A DNA stretch of 64,000 nt from Patescibacteria group bacterium (GTDB lineage: Bacteria; Patescibacteriota; WWE3; UBA101185; UBA10185). The notes beneath the pieces are model-generated. The model was not told the origin of the DNA. It was given only the letters and a program-made list of their open reading frames with translations, and did no database searches. Below are positions 18,166 to 28,400 of this stretch, in pieces (the stretch's first letter is position 1; every line of letters begins with the position of its first letter). The translations under genes and the position numbers were made by a program. The DNA is taken from assembly GCA_049322215.1 (NCBI GenBank), contig JBMORU010000001.1, positions 1,046,143 to 1,110,142 of the forward strand, read 5' to 3'.

Positions 18166-19485
18166 TTATTTATTTCCTCCAGCGGGGATTCCATTAGGGA
18201 AAACATCTATTCCCTGCCCCGGATTATACCCACCTTTAGCAGCATTAAAGTAAGTACTTTCAGGAAGCATATAGCCAACCCCATCAGGAATAGCACCCAC
18301 AGGAATAGTTTTCATTCCTACCGCAGGTTCTACAACATTTGCATTTCTATAAGGATCTCTAACGCGCACATAACGTGACCCGTCAATTTCGGCAACTCCA
18401 TCAACAATTACATAATGATTAGGAACAGGACTACCTTCTGCGTTTGGGTAGTCATTATCTATTAGCACTACCAAAGGCCCGGCACCTTCCTGCGAAAAAT
18501 GATAATTAAGGTTATCGTACAAATGATAATTGTACCCGGTTGTTGCTTCAGAAAAACCACTCGCAGTTAAAACGTTATACAAATCACCCAATCTTACCTG
18601 AGAAGTCTCCCCATCAACTAAATAGCTGTAACTAGTTTCAACTAAATTTAATGCAAACTCAGGACTACTATAAGCATTAGAATTAAATTCTGCCAGCAAC
18701 ATAGCGGCAACGGCTAAACCACACTGACCAACATATTCCTGCTCTACGTAAGGCTTTTCATTTGGTCGAAGTGCTTCTGCATATACTTGCGCTTCATAGG
18801 TTTTTAAAGCTTCATCAAATTCAGGTTCGTCTACACTTGTTTCGGCAATTGAAGCAGTTTCTTGTGAGGAGGGCTCTTCTGCAAAACTTATTGTAGACAG
18901 TTCTTCTCCAGCTTCTTCTTCAACAGCTGCAGGTGGCGTTATTTCAGGTGCAAGTTGGGGAGATTTGACAGCACTTGTGGCGTAAATTTCATTGCTATTG
19001 GCAATGGCAGAAGGCTCTTCTTCAACTAAACTGGTTGTAGTAGGATTAGTAAACTCTTCTAAAGCAGCTTGCTCGGGAGAAACCGCATTACCCCCACAAG
19101 CAGATGTGAAAAGTGCAACTCCAGCCATTAAGCTTAAAGTCACTTTTTGTTTAAAGTTTCCAATTGTTGTAGAACGCGAGGATAAAGTAGTTGCTGTTGC
19201 CAATGCGGAATATTTTGCCTCTTCCACCGTTTCTTTTGAAACTAAGCCTGTTTGAATATCTTCGTTCATTTGTGACGAAATGGCGTCTTCTAACTGAGGT
19301 ATGCCCCTATTTATTTCGTCTACTATAATATCGGCATTTTTACCTGCTTCACTTGGGTGTATTTTGGCAATAGCCTCAGAGTCTACTTGTGCAAAAAAGG
19401 CTTGAGCCATTTCTTCAGTAGACACAGGGTCTAAAGCATAAATTAAAGTTTCTTGTGTATCATATGGAGGCATTTTTTCACTCAT
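18166..19485 (-). CDS. membrane-anchored papain-like (C39/transglutaminase-like) cysteine peptidase domain protein
   Basis: 110-aa cytoplasmic N-terminus, TM/lipobox-like 'LMAGVALFTSACGG', C-terminal 'YVGQCGLAVAAMLLAEF' (Q..CG.A..M.L catalytic-Cys motif) and downstream 'HYVIVDG' His. Confidence 0.45.
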   Translation of the reverse strand: MSEKMPPYDTQETLIYALDPVSTEEMAQAFFAQVDSEAIAKIHPSEAGKNADIIVDEINRGIPQLEDAISSQMNEDIQTGLVSKETVEEAKYSALATATTLSSRSTTIGNFKQKVTLSLMAGVALFTSACGGNAVSPEQAALEEFTNPTTTSLVEEEPSAIANSNEIYATSAVKSPQLAPEITPPAAVEEEAGEELSTISFAEEPSSQETASIAETSVDEPEFDEALKTYEAQVYAEALRPNEKPYVEQEYVGQCGLAVAAMLLAEFNSNAYSSPEFALNLVETSYSYLVDGETSQVRLGDLYNVLTASGFSEATTGYNYHLYDNLNYHFSQEGAGPLVVLIDNDYPNAEGSPVPNHYVIVDGVAEIDGSRYVRVRDPYRNANVVEPAVGMKTIPVGAIPDGVGYMLPESTYFNAAKGGYNPGQGIDVFPNGIPAGGNK

Positions 19486-19750
19486 GAGTCACCTTTAAAC
19501 TATTTAATAACTCATTTTTTAACAACGTATCAAAATTGGGTATTCTAAGATAAATAAGATCCTCAAGAGATTTATAATCCTTTTTTGCGGCTAATTCGTA
19601 AAAGATTTTTCTAGCGTCATCTTCAAAGTGACTTAAAGCAAAGTTAAATGCAAAAAGATTAATATAACGATCTATAGAAGCATCTGCAACTTTAAAATGC
19701 TTTGCTAATTCTTCCTTTACTAATTCTGAGTTAGGTTTGGAGGCAGACAT
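19478..19750 (-). CDS. hypothetical protein, translationally coupled to the downstream peptidase gene
   Basis: 90-aa ORF; ATGAGTGA overlap with the 18166..19485 start. Confidence 0.4.
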   Translation of the reverse strand: MSASKPNSELVKEELAKHFKVADASIDRYINLFAFNFALSHFEDDARKIFYELAAKKDYKSLEDLIYLRIPNFDTLLKNELLNSLKVTHE

Positions 19751-19770
19751 TTAATTAAAATAATACCAAA

Positions 19771-20229
19771 TTAGTCTCTAATAGAGAATCTAACGGCGTT
19801 TCTTAATTCAATGTTTTCACCAAGCTTTGCAATTGTTTCGGCAATTAAATCAGAAATAGTTTTACTTGAATCACGCATGTACTCTGCTTTTAACAAATCT
19901 TCAACGTCTTGAGATTCTTCAGTACATACCTGCATTGCAATTTCTTTACATAAATTCTGAAAATCATCTGTTTTTGCAACAAAATCGGTTTCACATGCTA
20001 AGTGAATCATACTACCTACTTTCCCACCGGCATGTATATAAGAGAAAATTAGCCCGTCTGAAGCTTCACGCTCTGATTTTTTTGCAGCTTTAGCCAAACC
20101 CTTTTTCATTAATTCTGCTTTGGCCTTTTCAACATCTCCGTTGAATTCTTCTAGCACTTGCTTTACATCCATTACACCCGCACCGGTTTCTTCTCTAATC
20201 TGTTTAATTTTTTCGACATCAATTGACAT
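19771..20229 (-). CDS. tsf: elongation factor Ts (short form)
   Basis: UBA-like N-terminus 'IREETGAGVMDVKQVLEEFNGDVEKAKAELMKKG' plus one dimerisation subdomain; only 152 aa. Confidence 0.8.
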   Translation of the reverse strand: MSIDVEKIKQIREETGAGVMDVKQVLEEFNGDVEKAKAELMKKGLAKAAKKSEREASDGLIFSYIHAGGKVGSMIHLACETDFVAKTDDFQNLCKEIAMQVCTEESQDVEDLLKAEYMRDSSKTISDLIAETIAKLGENIELRNAVRFSIRD

Positions 20230-20255
20230 AGTTTCTCCTCAAAATTAACTAATTA

Positions 20256-21197
20256 TTACTTCTTTTTACTTGTTTTCTTTGCAGTTTTAGTTTTTTTTGA
20301 ATCGTCTTCTTTAGCTTCTTTTACTTCTAATACTTCATCCACCACAACTTTTACTTGCTCTTCTTCAACGTCTTCTTTAACGTCAACCTCTACGGCATCC
20401 GCGGGTATTTCTACCTCTTCAACCTCTTCAACTTTATCTACAGTTTTCTTAAGAGTGTCTTTTTTATCAACTTTAGATACTGCTTTTTCTGCGTTTTTTG
20501 CAAAGTCTTTATAGCCTGCTTCTATCGCATCAGATATAGCTTTCACAAGTACTGCTATAGATTTTATAGCATCATCATTGCCAGGAATCACATACTTAAC
20601 TCCCGTTGGGTTAGAATTTGTATCTACTAAAGCCACAACAGGTACTTTATACATATTTGACTCCCTTACAGCAGTTTTTTCGCGTCTTACATCAATAACT
20701 ACGACTACATCGGGTTGGCCTTTTAAAGCTACTAAACCTCCTACAGACTTTTCAAGCTTTTCTATTTCTCTATCTATTAATAAGCGTTCTTTTTTTGTAT
20801 AGCGTTTAAGTTCACCTGCTTCTCGTTTACGTTTTAAGTCAACTAAACGATCGATACTTTGTTTAATCATTCTATAGTTAGTTATTGTTCCACCTAACCA
20901 GCGCTCTGTTATATGCAAAGCACCACAGCGAGCTGCTTCCAGAGCTACTATATCCCGGGCTTGACGCTTAGTTCCAACTAAAACAATTTGGCCGCCTTTT
21001 GCAGCAGTTTCATACAAAAACTCACATGCATTTTTTAGGCCTTTATGAGTTTCTTCTAAATCAATAACGTGAATATTCTTCTTTACAGAATATATATAGG
21101 GCTCCATCTTTGGATTCCAACGTCGTACTTGATGCCCAAAGTGAACACCTGCATCTAACAATTCTTCAATTTTTGGTACATTATAATTTTTAGCCAT
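20256..21197 (-). CDS. rpsB: 30S ribosomal protein S2 with a long Lys/Glu-rich C-terminal extension
   Basis: 'GVHFGHQVRRWNPKM' S2 signature; roughly 80-aa low-complexity acidic/lysine tail. Confidence 0.9.
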   Translation of the reverse strand: MAKNYNVPKIEELLDAGVHFGHQVRRWNPKMEPYIYSVKKNIHVIDLEETHKGLKNACEFLYETAAKGGQIVLVGTKRQARDIVALEAARCGALHITERWLGGTITNYRMIKQSIDRLVDLKRKREAGELKRYTKKERLLIDREIEKLEKSVGGLVALKGQPDVVVVIDVRREKTAVRESNMYKVPVVALVDTNSNPTGVKYVIPGNDDAIKSIAVLVKAISDAIEAGYKDFAKNAEKAVSKVDKKDTLKKTVDKVEEVEEVEIPADAVEVDVKEDVEEEQVKVVVDEVLEVKEAKEDDSKKTKTAKKTSKKK

Positions 21198-21417
21198 AAA
21201 AAAATCCTCTCGTGGAGGACTGTTTATTTACAAATATACAGCCTCCTTTATTACTTTAGCGTTTACTTTCTAGAAGTTTACGCGCACTTGCAGGTTTCAA
21301 CTTTGAAACCAAGAAGATGCAAGATTTACCAGGGCAGACTAACATATTTAACTTAAAAAGAAAAGAGCAGAAGAATATTGTAAAAAACTTATTACAACAT
21401 TCTTCTACTAATTTGGA

Positions 21418-21798
21418 TCAATAGCTAAACGAAACAGCATGAATCAAGTAACGCGCATGTTCATACTTTTTTTTCTTGTTTAACGCAGTAGCTATATCCA
21501 AAAACAAATTGTCAGGATGCTCTTTATGCACATTGGGGTCAAAACTTTCTGCACTCAACGGTATACGAAGATATAAACCGTTTATTTCCAAAATTGTTTC
21601 TCCATTTTCAGATTCAAATGCATTCAGCGCTTCATTCCCTGAGCGAGCACAAACCCAAGCTAACTTTGATTTTCTTGGCTTGACTTCTGTTTGAACAATT
21701 CTAAATCTCTCTTTTGAATCACCGTAGCTAAAAATTCCCAAAGTGTGTTTTCGCACTAAGATTAAATTTAGCAGGCTATATCCATTTAAAGAAAACAT
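21418..21798 (-). CDS. hypothetical protein
   Basis: 126-aa ORF; an imperfect 15-bp hairpin (about 21365-21405) lies just downstream on the minus strand as a likely terminator. Confidence 0.4.
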   Translation of the reverse strand: MFSLNGYSLLNLILVRKHTLGIFSYGDSKERFRIVQTEVKPRKSKLAWVCARSGNEALNAFESENGETILEINGLYLRIPLSAESFDPNVHKEHPDNLFLDIATALNKKKKYEHARYLIHAVSFSY

Positions 21799-21884
21799 AC
21801 TATCCTCCGTGGGGTTTAGTATTTGAGTCTCTAGTTAAAATATAACAATAATTTGTAAGCACAACCAGGTGTATAATTGCCAAA

Positions 21885-23192
21885 ATGAAACAGCAAGACA
21901 AAATTTTTAACTTAATTAAAAGTGAAGAAAAGCGACAAACAGAACAACTTCAAATGATTCCTTCAGAAAACTATGTTTCTGAAAACGTGAAAAAAGCAGT
22001 AGGCTCTGTACTAATGAACAAGTACTCCGAAGGACAGCCAACTAAAAGATATTACCAGGGCAACAAATATATTGACGAAATAGAATTAGAGGCAAAAAAA
22101 AGAGCTCTAAAGTTGTTTAAACTAAATGCCGATGCATGGGATGTAAATGTACAAGCACCTACAGGAAGTTCTGCTAATTTAGCCGTTTATTTTGCTTTAC
22201 TTGAACCAGGCAACAAAATGCTTTCAATGTACTTATATGATGGCGGGCATTTGTCACATGGGTGGAAATTGCCTGATGGAAAAAAAGTTAGTATGACATC
22301 TAAAATATTTTCCCCGGTTTATTACCAGGTAGACCCTAGCACTATGCAATTTGATTATGAAAATGTTGAACAAATTGCACAAAAAACAAAACCAGAGTTA
22401 ATTATATCCGGCGGAACAGCATATCCAAGACAAATAAATCATAAAAAAATGGGTAAAATAGCTAAAAAGATGGGGGCATACTACATGGCAGATATTGCAC
22501 ACGAAGCGGGTTTAGTTGCAGCAGGTGTTAATGACTCCCCCTTTGAATACGCAGATATTGTAACAATGACAACTAGAAAAACACTTAGGGGTCCAATTGG
22601 TGCTCTAATTTTTTCTAAAAAGGAATTAAGCGAGAGAATCGACAAAACAGTGTTTCCAGGGTTACAAGGAGGCCCTATGAATCACAGCATTGCAGGAATA
22701 GCTGTAGCACTAAAAGAGGCGCAATCGGCTAAATTCAAAAAATACGCAACACAAGTAATAAAAAATGCACAAATACTTTCGGAAGAACTTATGAAACATG
22801 AATTAAACGTTATTACAGGAGGAACAGACAAACATTTGCTTTTAATAAACTTACAAAACAAAAATACAGATGGATGGTATGCGGCCTGGGCGTTAGAATA
22901 TGCAGGAATTATTTGCAATAGAAACACAGTTGCATATGATACCGGTTCTCCATTTTATCCATCAGGGCTACGTTTAGGGACTCCCGCTATTACTACAAGA
23001 GGCATGAAGGAAAGAGAAATGAGACAAATAGCGCATTGGATAAATGAAGTTGTAAATATAGCAATTAATATAACTCCAACTGAAACAGACAAACCAAGAA
23101 AAGTGTTTAAACAAAAAATAAAAGATAATAAAGATTTAAAAACGATTGAAAATGAAGTGAAACAGTTGTGTAAAAATTTTCCATTGCCTTAG
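21885..23192 (+). CDS. glyA: serine hydroxymethyltransferase
   Basis: 'SENYVSENV', 'TTRKTLRGPIG' with the PLP lysine region; full-length SHMT. Confidence 0.9.
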   Translation: MKQQDKIFNLIKSEEKRQTEQLQMIPSENYVSENVKKAVGSVLMNKYSEGQPTKRYYQGNKYIDEIELEAKKRALKLFKLNADAWDVNVQAPTGSSANLAVYFALLEPGNKMLSMYLYDGGHLSHGWKLPDGKKVSMTSKIFSPVYYQVDPSTMQFDYENVEQIAQKTKPELIISGGTAYPRQINHKKMGKIAKKMGAYYMADIAHEAGLVAAGVNDSPFEYADIVTMTTRKTLRGPIGALIFSKKELSERIDKTVFPGLQGGPMNHSIAGIAVALKEAQSAKFKKYATQVIKNAQILSEELMKHELNVITGGTDKHLLLINLQNKNTDGWYAAWALEYAGIICNRNTVAYDTGSPFYPSGLRLGTPAITTRGMKEREMRQIAHWINEVVNIAINITPTETDKPRKVFKQKIKDNKDLKTIENEVKQLCKNFPLP

Positions 23193-23193
23193 G

Positions 23194-25350
23194 TTAATCT
23201 AAATCAGAGGCATCTTCATCATCTTTGCCTTGCAAGGGGTTTTTCCAGCTTGCGTATTTGCATTTAGGGTAATTGCTGCATCCATAAAAAACACGCCCTT
23301 TAGCTTTTTTAACAATAACTTCCCCATCTTCGCACTGGGGACAATCCATACCTATTTTATCCAAATACGGTTTAGTGGTTTTGCATTTAGGATAATTACT
23401 GCAAGCTAAAAACTTACCAAATCTTCCTTGCTTTAAAATCATTGTACCATCCTCACAGTTTTCACATTTGCCAAAATCTTCCACCGGATTCCCGTTTTCA
23501 TCTTTTGGTTGCTCTTCATCAATTGGTTTTGCGTATTCGCAATCAGGAAATCCTGAGCAGCTCAAAAACTTACCATATTTCCCTAGCTTTATGTATAACA
23601 CTTTTCCACATTCTGGACATTTTTCTTCACTTTCACCCAGTTTTGTTACATCTGCCTTTTGTAGTTCTTTGTCTTTTTCTTCCAAAATCTTATCAAATGG
23701 GGTGTAAAAGTCTTTAATCATAGGTATCCAATCTTGTTGACCCTCAGCTATTTTATCGAACTTTTCTTCCATTTGTGCAGTAAATTCATAATCCACAATG
23801 TTGTCGAAATGCTCTATTAATAAGTCATTAACAACGTAAGCCACGTCTTCAGGGTAAAAATAGCGCTGCTCTCTATGAACATAGCCACGCGCAATAATTG
23901 TAGAAATTGTAGGAGCATAAGTTGAAGGTCTACCAATACCTAATTCTTCTAAGGCTTTTATTAAAGTAGCATCAGAGTAACGAGCAGGAGGTTGAGTAAA
24001 ATGCTGCTCAGATATAATATTTTTTAAAGCCATTTGTTCACCTTCGGAAAAATCAGGCAACTCGTTAAGAGTTTCTTTATCTGCATCTAAACCGTATTTT
24101 TTACCAATTGCTAGCCAACCATCAAATTTAATCACAGACCCTGAAGCTTTAAAATTGTACCCATTATTTGATCCTATAACTATTGATGTCTGATCATACA
24201 CTGCCGGCACCATTTGACTCTCTATGGAGCGTCTCCAAATCAGTGAGTACACTTTTTTCTCATCTAGAGATAAGCCTGTAATTTTTTTGTCCTTTGGAGA
24301 GCATTTTACGTCAGTTGGACGGATAGCCTCATGTGCTTCTTGAGCATTTTTGGTTGTGGTCTTATACTCTACTGCGTTTTCGGGTACAAAATTTGCACCA
24401 ATGTCTTTTTTAACGAAATTTCTAGCTGCTTCTACAAACTGAGGAGCTAAAGAAAGCGAATCTGTTCTATGATATGTAATATGCCCCGCTTCAAATAACT
24501 TTTGAGCGGCACTCATTGTTCGCTTGGCAGAAAATCCTAAAGTATTTGCGGCTGTTTGCTGCAAAGTCGATGTTTTAAAAGGGGTTCCTGGTTTTCTTTT
24601 TCTTTCAGACTTTTTAACTTGTGCTATTAAAAATGTAGCATCCTTCAAATCTTTTTCTATTTCTTTAGCAGTTTTTTCGGTTTTTATTTCAAGTTTTTTA
24701 GAATCTTTTTCAAACAAACTTGCTTTTAGTTCAACTTTAGCGTTATTTTCAAAAAGACCGTCTAGGGTCCAGTACTCTTCAGGTTTAAATGCATTACGCT
24801 CACGTTCTTTCTCTACTATTAAACGTACAGCAACACTTTGAACTCTTCCTGCCGATAAGCCATAGCGCACTTTCTTCCATAATAAAGGCGACAGTTTATA
24901 GCCAACTAGTCTATCTAACACTCTTCTTGCTTGTTGTGCATCTACTAAATCAATATTAAGTTTTCCAGGATGTGAAAACGCAGCTTCTACTGCTTCTTTG
25001 GTTAACTCATGAAAAACCACGCGCTCAAAGTTTAAGCTTTTCTTATTTTTAGAGGTAGTTAAAGCTTGCATTAAATGCCAAGCAATCGCCTCCCCTTCTC
25101 TATCTGGGTCTGTGGCTAACACAACAGTATCTACATCTGTTAGATCTTTTTTTAAAGCTGTTATTACTTTTTTTGATTTTGAAGGAATTTCATATTCAGG
25201 CAAAAAAGAACCATCTTCTACAGAAACCCCCAATTTCTTTTTTGGTAGATCCCTAATATGGCCCATTGATGCTTTTATTATATAATCCTCTCCAAGTATT
25301 TTAGAGAGTGTTTTAGCTTTTGTGGGAGATTCCACAATTACCAACTTCAT
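23194..25350 (-). CDS. topA: DNA topoisomerase I with C-terminal zinc-ribbon repeats
   Basis: Toprim N-terminus 'MKLVIVESPTKAKT', active-site region 'ITYHRTDS', four C4 zinc ribbons 'CPECG...C..C'. Confidence 0.9.
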   Translation of the reverse strand: MKLVIVESPTKAKTLSKILGEDYIIKASMGHIRDLPKKKLGVSVEDGSFLPEYEIPSKSKKVITALKKDLTDVDTVVLATDPDREGEAIAWHLMQALTTSKNKKSLNFERVVFHELTKEAVEAAFSHPGKLNIDLVDAQQARRVLDRLVGYKLSPLLWKKVRYGLSAGRVQSVAVRLIVEKERERNAFKPEEYWTLDGLFENNAKVELKASLFEKDSKKLEIKTEKTAKEIEKDLKDATFLIAQVKKSERKRKPGTPFKTSTLQQTAANTLGFSAKRTMSAAQKLFEAGHITYHRTDSLSLAPQFVEAARNFVKKDIGANFVPENAVEYKTTTKNAQEAHEAIRPTDVKCSPKDKKITGLSLDEKKVYSLIWRRSIESQMVPAVYDQTSIVIGSNNGYNFKASGSVIKFDGWLAIGKKYGLDADKETLNELPDFSEGEQMALKNIISEQHFTQPPARYSDATLIKALEELGIGRPSTYAPTISTIIARGYVHREQRYFYPEDVAYVVNDLLIEHFDNIVDYEFTAQMEEKFDKIAEGQQDWIPMIKDFYTPFDKILEEKDKELQKADVTKLGESEEKCPECGKVLYIKLGKYGKFLSCSGFPDCEYAKPIDEEQPKDENGNPVEDFGKCENCEDGTMILKQGRFGKFLACSNYPKCKTTKPYLDKIGMDCPQCEDGEVIVKKAKGRVFYGCSNYPKCKYASWKNPLQGKDDEDASDLD

Positions 25351-25456
25351 CTAAAAAAGAATACCGCAAGAACTAAAATTGTCAAAATATAAAAAAAAGG
25401 GATTACAGTATGCGTATTTGTTTATACATACTATAACCCCCAAATTCACTTAGTTA

Positions 25457-25765
25457 TCAGCTACGGTGTCGTCCAGGATTTTTATCGAAAAACCCAAGGT
25501 ATGCAGCAAGACCTCCTACCGCAACAAAAAACACGATAACAAGCGCCAATACGAAAATTATGTTCCCAATATTATCTGAAGTGATCAGACCTGAGTTGCC
25601 AATTACAAAGTTCGAAAACTCACTACTCTGAGCCTTGTCACCTTCGGTTGCTACTGCTTCCGCGATTTCAGTTGGGTTTCCTTGTTCTACTGCTTGCGTT
25701 ACCTGACAGCCTGTCAAAACTACAACCAGCAAAAGTAAACCAAAAAACAATTTGTTTCGTAACAT
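25457..25765 (-). CDS. small bitopic lipoprotein-like hypothetical protein
   Basis: Signal peptide with lipobox 'VLTGC', acidic middle, C-terminal TM helix. Confidence 0.4.
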   Translation of the reverse strand: MLRNKLFFGLLLLVVVLTGCQVTQAVEQGNPTEIAEAVATEGDKAQSSEFSNFVIGNSGLITSDNIGNIIFVLALVIVFFVAVGGLAAYLGFFDKNPGRHRS

Positions 25766-25804
25766 AGCTACTTCTCCTTGTTAGAATGTTTACGCATTCT
25801 ACCA

Positions 25805-26437
25805 CTATAGGTCGTTTATGTCACTAAGTAAATGGGCACCATTTCTTATTAACAAATGAGTACCCTTACTATTGTGCGAAAAAATACTACCAGGAACTGC
25901 ATAAATATCTATACCTAGCTCTAAAGCAGCATTAACCGTGTAATTTGTTCCGCTGTGTACCGTTGCCTCTATAACTACCAATAAGTCGCTTAGGCCGGCA
26001 ATTATAGAATTTCTATTTATAAAGGTCCACTTTTTTGGGTATTCATAAGGTCTGAAGCAAGAAATAACCCCACTGCTATGCGTCTTAGTCAACTCAACTC
26101 CTAGTTTTGCAGTTGTATCTTTTTGCATGAATTTATACCCATAACCGAGCACGCCAATACTTGATCCTCCCGCCTGTAAGGCTGTTTGTTGGGCTAGTGA
26201 ATCAATTCCAGAAGCTAACCCGGAAACAACTAAAAAACCTTTCTCAACAAATTTGGGAACCAAATAACGTACAACATTCACTCCATACTCTGTTGGCCTT
26301 CGGCTACCAATTATCCCAACAGTTTTCATACTAAAACAGCGCAAGTCACCTGCAAAGTAAAATTCTTTAGGAGGCTTTTGTAACCGAAACAACTTGGCTG
26401 GATACGAAGAAGAGTTTGTACTAATAAGCTTAAACAC
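25805..26437 (-). CDS. dprA: DNA processing protein DprA/Smf (Rossmann-fold core only)
   Basis: 'YPAKLFRLQKPPKEFYFAGDL', 'VSGLASGIDSLAQQTALQAGGSSIGVLGYG' DprA motifs. Confidence 0.75.
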   Translation of the reverse strand: MFKLISTNSSSYPAKLFRLQKPPKEFYFAGDLRCFSMKTVGIIGSRRPTEYGVNVVRYLVPKFVEKGFLVVSGLASGIDSLAQQTALQAGGSSIGVLGYGYKFMQKDTTAKLGVELTKTHSSGVISCFRPYEYPKKWTFINRNSIIAGLSDLLVVIEATVHSGTNYTVNAALELGIDIYAVPGSIFSHNSKGTHLLIRNGAHLLSDINDL

Positions 26438-26492
26438 ACATTAAAACTTACAGCTTACCTATCAAAATAAAACATTTTAATTTCTAGGAATA

Positions 26493-28400
26493 TTAGAACT
26501 GTTTATTCTCAAACCAATAATCAAATAACTCCCTTGCTAAAGGTGCGGCGTCATCTGAACCCGAGCCACCTTTTTCTAAAAACACAGTCAAAACAATACT
26601 GGCATCAGAGTTATCATAAGGTCCAAAAACAGTAAACCAAGCGTGTGTATCTTCATTATCTCTTGCACCAAACTCAGCAGTACCCGTTTTACCTGCTACA
26701 CGAATGCCATTATGTTTTTGAGGAAAATCAAAAAAAGGGTAACCCGTGCCACCGGGCTCCACTGCTTTTAACATTCCTTGCCGTACTAATTCATAGTTTT
26801 CGTGCGAAACCACATCTTTAGAAATAATCTCAATACGAGCAGTTGATATGCCATCAATTTCTTTTACTATAGTTGGCTTATATATCTTTCCACCATTAGA
26901 GAAGTACATAGATAAAGCGTTTACCTGCAATGGGGTGGCTAAAACATCACCTTGCCCTATTGAAGAAATGTAAGTATCCCCCAAATACCACTCTCGAGAC
27001 TCTCCGTCAGGCATATAACCAGTTACTTCTCCGTTTAAATCAATACCTAGTTTGCGACTAAACCCAAATTTGTTTGCCCAGCTAGAAATAGCCTCTATAC
27101 CTAATCCTTTAACGCCATTATAGCCCCCACCAACAGTATAAAAAAACGTATCATTACTTACTTGAAGTGCTCTTATAATATCAACATCTCCATGACCACC
27201 TAAGTTCCAATTATTAAAACGATATGAACCTACTTGAATATAACCGGGATCAAATATAGAAGTATATTTTGATATCGTACCTTCTTCTAACGCAGCAGCT
27301 GCTAAAACCATTTTAAAGGTTGAAGCTGGTGGATAAGTAGCTGCAATAGCCCTATTAAAAAAAGGCGCATTTGGATCACTAAACAATTCATTAAAACGTG
27401 CAACAGATATTCCGCCAGATAGCTCATTAGGATCGAAGGATGGATAACTAGCTAAAGCAAGTACACCTCCTGTTTTAGGATCTTGTGCCACAATTGCACC
27501 TGCAATAGCGGTACCCTCTTCATTGTTTACTGCGTTTTGTAGCACTTCATGCGCCTTTTGCTGTAATCCCGCATGTATGTTTAGCTTTAATGTGTGACCA
27601 GGAACTGCTTTTCTTTCTGAAATAACTGTAAGTGCTTGCCCCGAGGAATCAGCTTGAACTATTCGGCTACCGGGAAAACCAGACAAAAGTTGATTATAAC
27701 TCTGCTCTAAGCCCAGTTTTCCTTCTATTGTTGGAAAAGGCGTGTCAGCAAAACCCACGTACCCTAAAATGTGTGCCATAGAAGTGCCAAAAACATAGTC
27801 ACGTTGAGGAAGTGCAGTAATACTTACACTTGGAAACCTACTCAAGTTAGCCTCCAAGGGTAACAAATCCTGCTTATCAACATCTGTGGCTAAAACAACT
27901 GATAAACGACCACTTTCTAACTCTTTTATTTTTTCATTTACTTCTATATCTATAAAAGCAGAAACGTCCTCAATTACTTTGGCGCAGCTTGGAAAACTAG
28001 AATCTTCTGAATCTAAACGGTCGCATAATGAAGTATTTAAATCAACTATAAAAGAAGGCTTGTTTCTCACTAAAACTTTGCCTTCAGTATCATAAATTAA
28101 GCCACGCTCTGCTTGAACATTAACTAGCCTAATTCTGTTTCCATCTGACATTGCAGCATGCTCTGCTCCTTGAATAATTTGTAAAGAAAATGCCTTGCCT
28201 ACAAAAATAACTAGTGAAATTAAAACCACAAAAGCTAATAGCAAAGTTCTACGCAACTTTAAAGAATCCTTTATTGCATGTGCGGTTTCTTTAGAAGATA
28301 GGGGAGTTTCTTCTCCAATAAACGAAAAAGATTCGCCAAAACGGTTGGTTCTTTTTTTTGGAGTGAAGTTATTTATTTCTTCAAAAAATTCTAAATACAT
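26493..28400 (-). CDS. mrdA: penicillin-binding protein 2 (elongasome transpeptidase)
   Basis: N-terminal TM, 'ASTFK' (SxxK), 'SNDTFF' (SxN), 'KTGTAE' (KTG) motifs; sits in the mreBCD cluster. Confidence 0.85.
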   Translation of the reverse strand: MYLEFFEEINNFTPKKRTNRFGESFSFIGEETPLSSKETAHAIKDSLKLRRTLLLAFVVLISLVIFVGKAFSLQIIQGAEHAAMSDGNRIRLVNVQAERGLIYDTEGKVLVRNKPSFIVDLNTSLCDRLDSEDSSFPSCAKVIEDVSAFIDIEVNEKIKELESGRLSVVLATDVDKQDLLPLEANLSRFPSVSITALPQRDYVFGTSMAHILGYVGFADTPFPTIEGKLGLEQSYNQLLSGFPGSRIVQADSSGQALTVISERKAVPGHTLKLNIHAGLQQKAHEVLQNAVNNEEGTAIAGAIVAQDPKTGGVLALASYPSFDPNELSGGISVARFNELFSDPNAPFFNRAIAATYPPASTFKMVLAAAALEEGTISKYTSIFDPGYIQVGSYRFNNWNLGGHGDVDIIRALQVSNDTFFYTVGGGYNGVKGLGIEAISSWANKFGFSRKLGIDLNGEVTGYMPDGESREWYLGDTYISSIGQGDVLATPLQVNALSMYFSNGGKIYKPTIVKEIDGISTARIEIISKDVVSHENYELVRQGMLKAVEPGGTGYPFFDFPQKHNGIRVAGKTGTAEFGARDNEDTHAWFTVFGPYDNSDASIVLTVFLEKGGSGSDDAAPLARELFDYWFENKQF

